This document shows positions 62,346 through 64,000 of a DNA stretch of 64,000 bases, in pieces. Source of the stretch: a virus (Duplodnaviria > Caudoviricetes); the IMG/VR virus record IMGVR_UViG_3300028591_000083, positions 32,001 through 96,000 of that record. One strand, written 5' to 3'. A program made the position numbers and the translations under genes. Every line of letters begins with the position of its first letter. Position 1 is the stretch's first letter. The notes beneath the pieces were generated by a model. It had not been told where the DNA came from, made no database searches, and was given only the letters and a program-made list of their open reading frames with translations.

Positions 62346-64000
62346 TCAGAACAACTTTCTTTTTCCACTAGGTTTACTTACAGATTTCTGAATCTCAATC
62401 TTCTGTTGAACACCTGAGATCATGTTATTGAATTCCGATTCTGTAATAATCGAAACACCTAACTCATGTGCTTTCTTATTTTTACTAGAATTACTTGTTG
62501 AATCATTGTTGATAAGATATGTTGTGTTCTTATTTACAGAGCTTCCAACCGTACCTCCGTTTGCAACAATGGTATCAAAAAGCTGCTGTCTATTTGAATA
62601 TGTTTCAAGTGAACCAGTTACAACAAATGTTTTTCCTGCAAGAATACAGGAAGATGTAACCTTTACAGGATTACCAATATTCAGATATGAAACAAGTTTG
62701 TAAAACTCAACCCTGTTATCCTCGTTATCAAAGTATTTAATCACATTATTTGCTACAACATCACCAATGCCGTACACACAAGACAGTCTGCTATAAAGCT
62801 GTCCTGATTTAAGACATTCTGTAAACTCTTTTACATCATTATTGAATTCCTCTGAAATATCTTTTGCCGTCTGACTTCCAACACCTTCAATACTAATTGC
62901 TACAAGAAGTCTATCTAATGATGTATTCTTTGAATCTTCAATAGCATCCATAATCTGTTTTACAGACTTTTCGCCAAAACCGGGAATAAGCGCAATTTGA
63001 TCCGAATGTGTAGACAATGTATACACATCTGAATATTTTTCAAGATATCCAACATCAATAAATCTATCAATAGTTTTTTCTGACAGTCCTCTAATGTCCA
63101 TAGCGTTCTTTGCAACAAATGCGGTAAACTTCTTCAACAATCTTCCGGAACAATGAGGATTCGTACAAATTAGATTCATAATTCCTTCATCAGAAACATC
63201 TACAGCCGTATTATGATAACAGTACGGACATTTATACGGAACACCGTCTTTATATGCATCTTTCAATCTATGTTCTGTATTATTACATCTGATTTGTGGA
63301 ATTACATCATTTGCCCGATAAATTTCTACATTGTCACCCTTCATAATATTAAGATCTGCCATGATTGAAAGATTATGTAAACTTGCCCTTGTAACAGTTG
63401 CATTATCCATAGGAACTTCTTCAAATACAGCAACCGGGGTAAGAACACCTGTCTTACCGACACTAAATTCAATATCAGTAATAGTAGTTTCATAACCTTC
63501 ATCGTAGAATTTGTATGCGAGTCCATTCTTAAAATGATGTGAGGTGCTTCCAAGGGAAGCTCCATATTCAATATTATTAAACATTGTAACAATACCGTCA
63601 ATAGGAATTCCGTCATTGACAGCTTTATTTCTCATGTTCTCAAATGTCTTTTCAATATAGTCTGTTGTTTTTTCTCCGTCTGTTCGCCAATAATGAACAA
63701 TGGTAAATCCATATTGAAGTGCTGTAAGAAGTCCTGAATGCATATTTCCGTCACTGGAAAGATCATTTGCATTCCAGACAACAAATCTTACTTTACGGGA
63801 TGCACATACAGCACTATCATAATTTCTTACTGACCCACTAGCAAGATTTCTTTGATTTGCTTTCTTCTTACGTTCAGAATCCCAATCTCTGATTACATAA
63901 TCAAAATCCTTTTTAAGAATGATCGCTTCACCTGTAATACGTACAACTCTATTTAGTTTTGGAATAGATTTTGGAATACCTAGAATTGTTTTTGCATTGT
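62346..64000 (-). CDS. ligA: NAD-dependent DNA ligase, 5' end outside the window
   Basis: NQRNLASGSVR, IDGIV, LAYKF, VGKTGVLTPVA, RASLHN, Zn finger, HhH, BRCT (GKTFVVTG). Confidence 0.95.
   Translation of the reverse strand, partial: NAKTILGIPKSIPKLNRVVRITGEAIILKKDFDYVIRDWDSERKKKANQRNLASGSVRNYDSAVCASRKVRFVVWNANDLSSDGNMHSGLLTALQYGFTIVHYWRTDGEKTTDYIEKTFENMRNKAVNDGIPIDGIVTMFNNIEYGASLGSTSHHFKNGLAYKFYDEGYETTITDIEFSVGKTGVLTPVAVFEEVPMDNATVTRASLHNLSIMADLNIMKGDNVEIYRANDVIPQIRCNNTEHRLKDAYKDGVPYKCPYCYHNTAVDVSDEGIMNLICTNPHCSGRLLKKFTAFVAKNAMDIRGLSEKTIDRFIDVGYLEKYSDVYTLSTHSDQIALIPGFGEKSVKQIMDAIEDSKNTSLDRLLVAISIEGVGSQTAKDISEEFNNDVKEFTECLKSGQLYSRLSCVYGIGDVVANNVIKYFDNEDNRVEFYKLVSYLNIGNPVKVTSSCILAGKTFVVTGSLETYSNRQQLFDTIVANGGTVGSSVNKNTTYLINNDSTSNSSKNKKAHELGVSIITESEFNNMISGVQQKIEIQKSVSKPSGKRKLF

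Noticed and set aside
89-63616. Many short ORFs antisense to or overlapping real genes (e.g. 89-334, 948-1232, 8391-8768, 19105-19482, 21510-21887, 40214-40654)
   Set aside because: Shadow frames with no SD and low-complexity, Ile/Phe/Ser-biased translations.
1-64000. Alternative genetic code (TAG=Gln) for the whole phage
   Set aside because: Coding density under code 11 is high, long genes are intact, and only one clear internal TAG was found; other breaks involve TAA/TGA.
1-64000. CRISPR array, tRNA genes or a DGR (RT + TR/VR)
   Set aside because: No regularly spaced direct repeats, cloverleaf or reverse transcriptase seen by eye; the repeats at 22.4-22.8 kb are coding LRR units.

Overview
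AT-rich, densely coding, mostly minus-strand segment of a large tailed phage genome, probably infecting an anaerobic Firmicute (sigma-A-type promoters, GH25/CHAP endolysin, class III RNR, BspA-type LRRs). About 1-38.6 kb holds virion-associated and lysis genes (holin-like proteins, endolysin, three paralogous tail/RBP-like genes plus a fibre) interleaved with early cassettes, an IS607 element (tnpA+tnpB) and an IscB/omega-RNA element. About 38.7-64 kb holds many small hypotheticals and nucleotide/DNA metabolism genes (two-intein nrdD, thyX, dcd, an amber-interrupted DNA methyltransferase, GNAT, nucleotidyltransferase, ligA). The main unexplained signal is that about 20 otherwise unrelated proteins in the left part share a short basic-hydrophobic-x-Glu tag (MKLYIRE, MKLIIKE, MKLFIKE, MVKKLRIRE and others). 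The tag recurs internally as E-S-(basic linker)-hydrophobic-x-E junctions between domains. This suggests a T4-like capsid-targeting and prohead-protease-processed cargo system that includes polyproteins. Five of these genes sit behind a repeated C-A(8-10)-C + hairpin + strong SD leader. A GNRA-loop-rich multi-branched ncRNA candidate lies at about 18.83-19.16 kb. All family assignments come from motifs read by eye; no searches were run.
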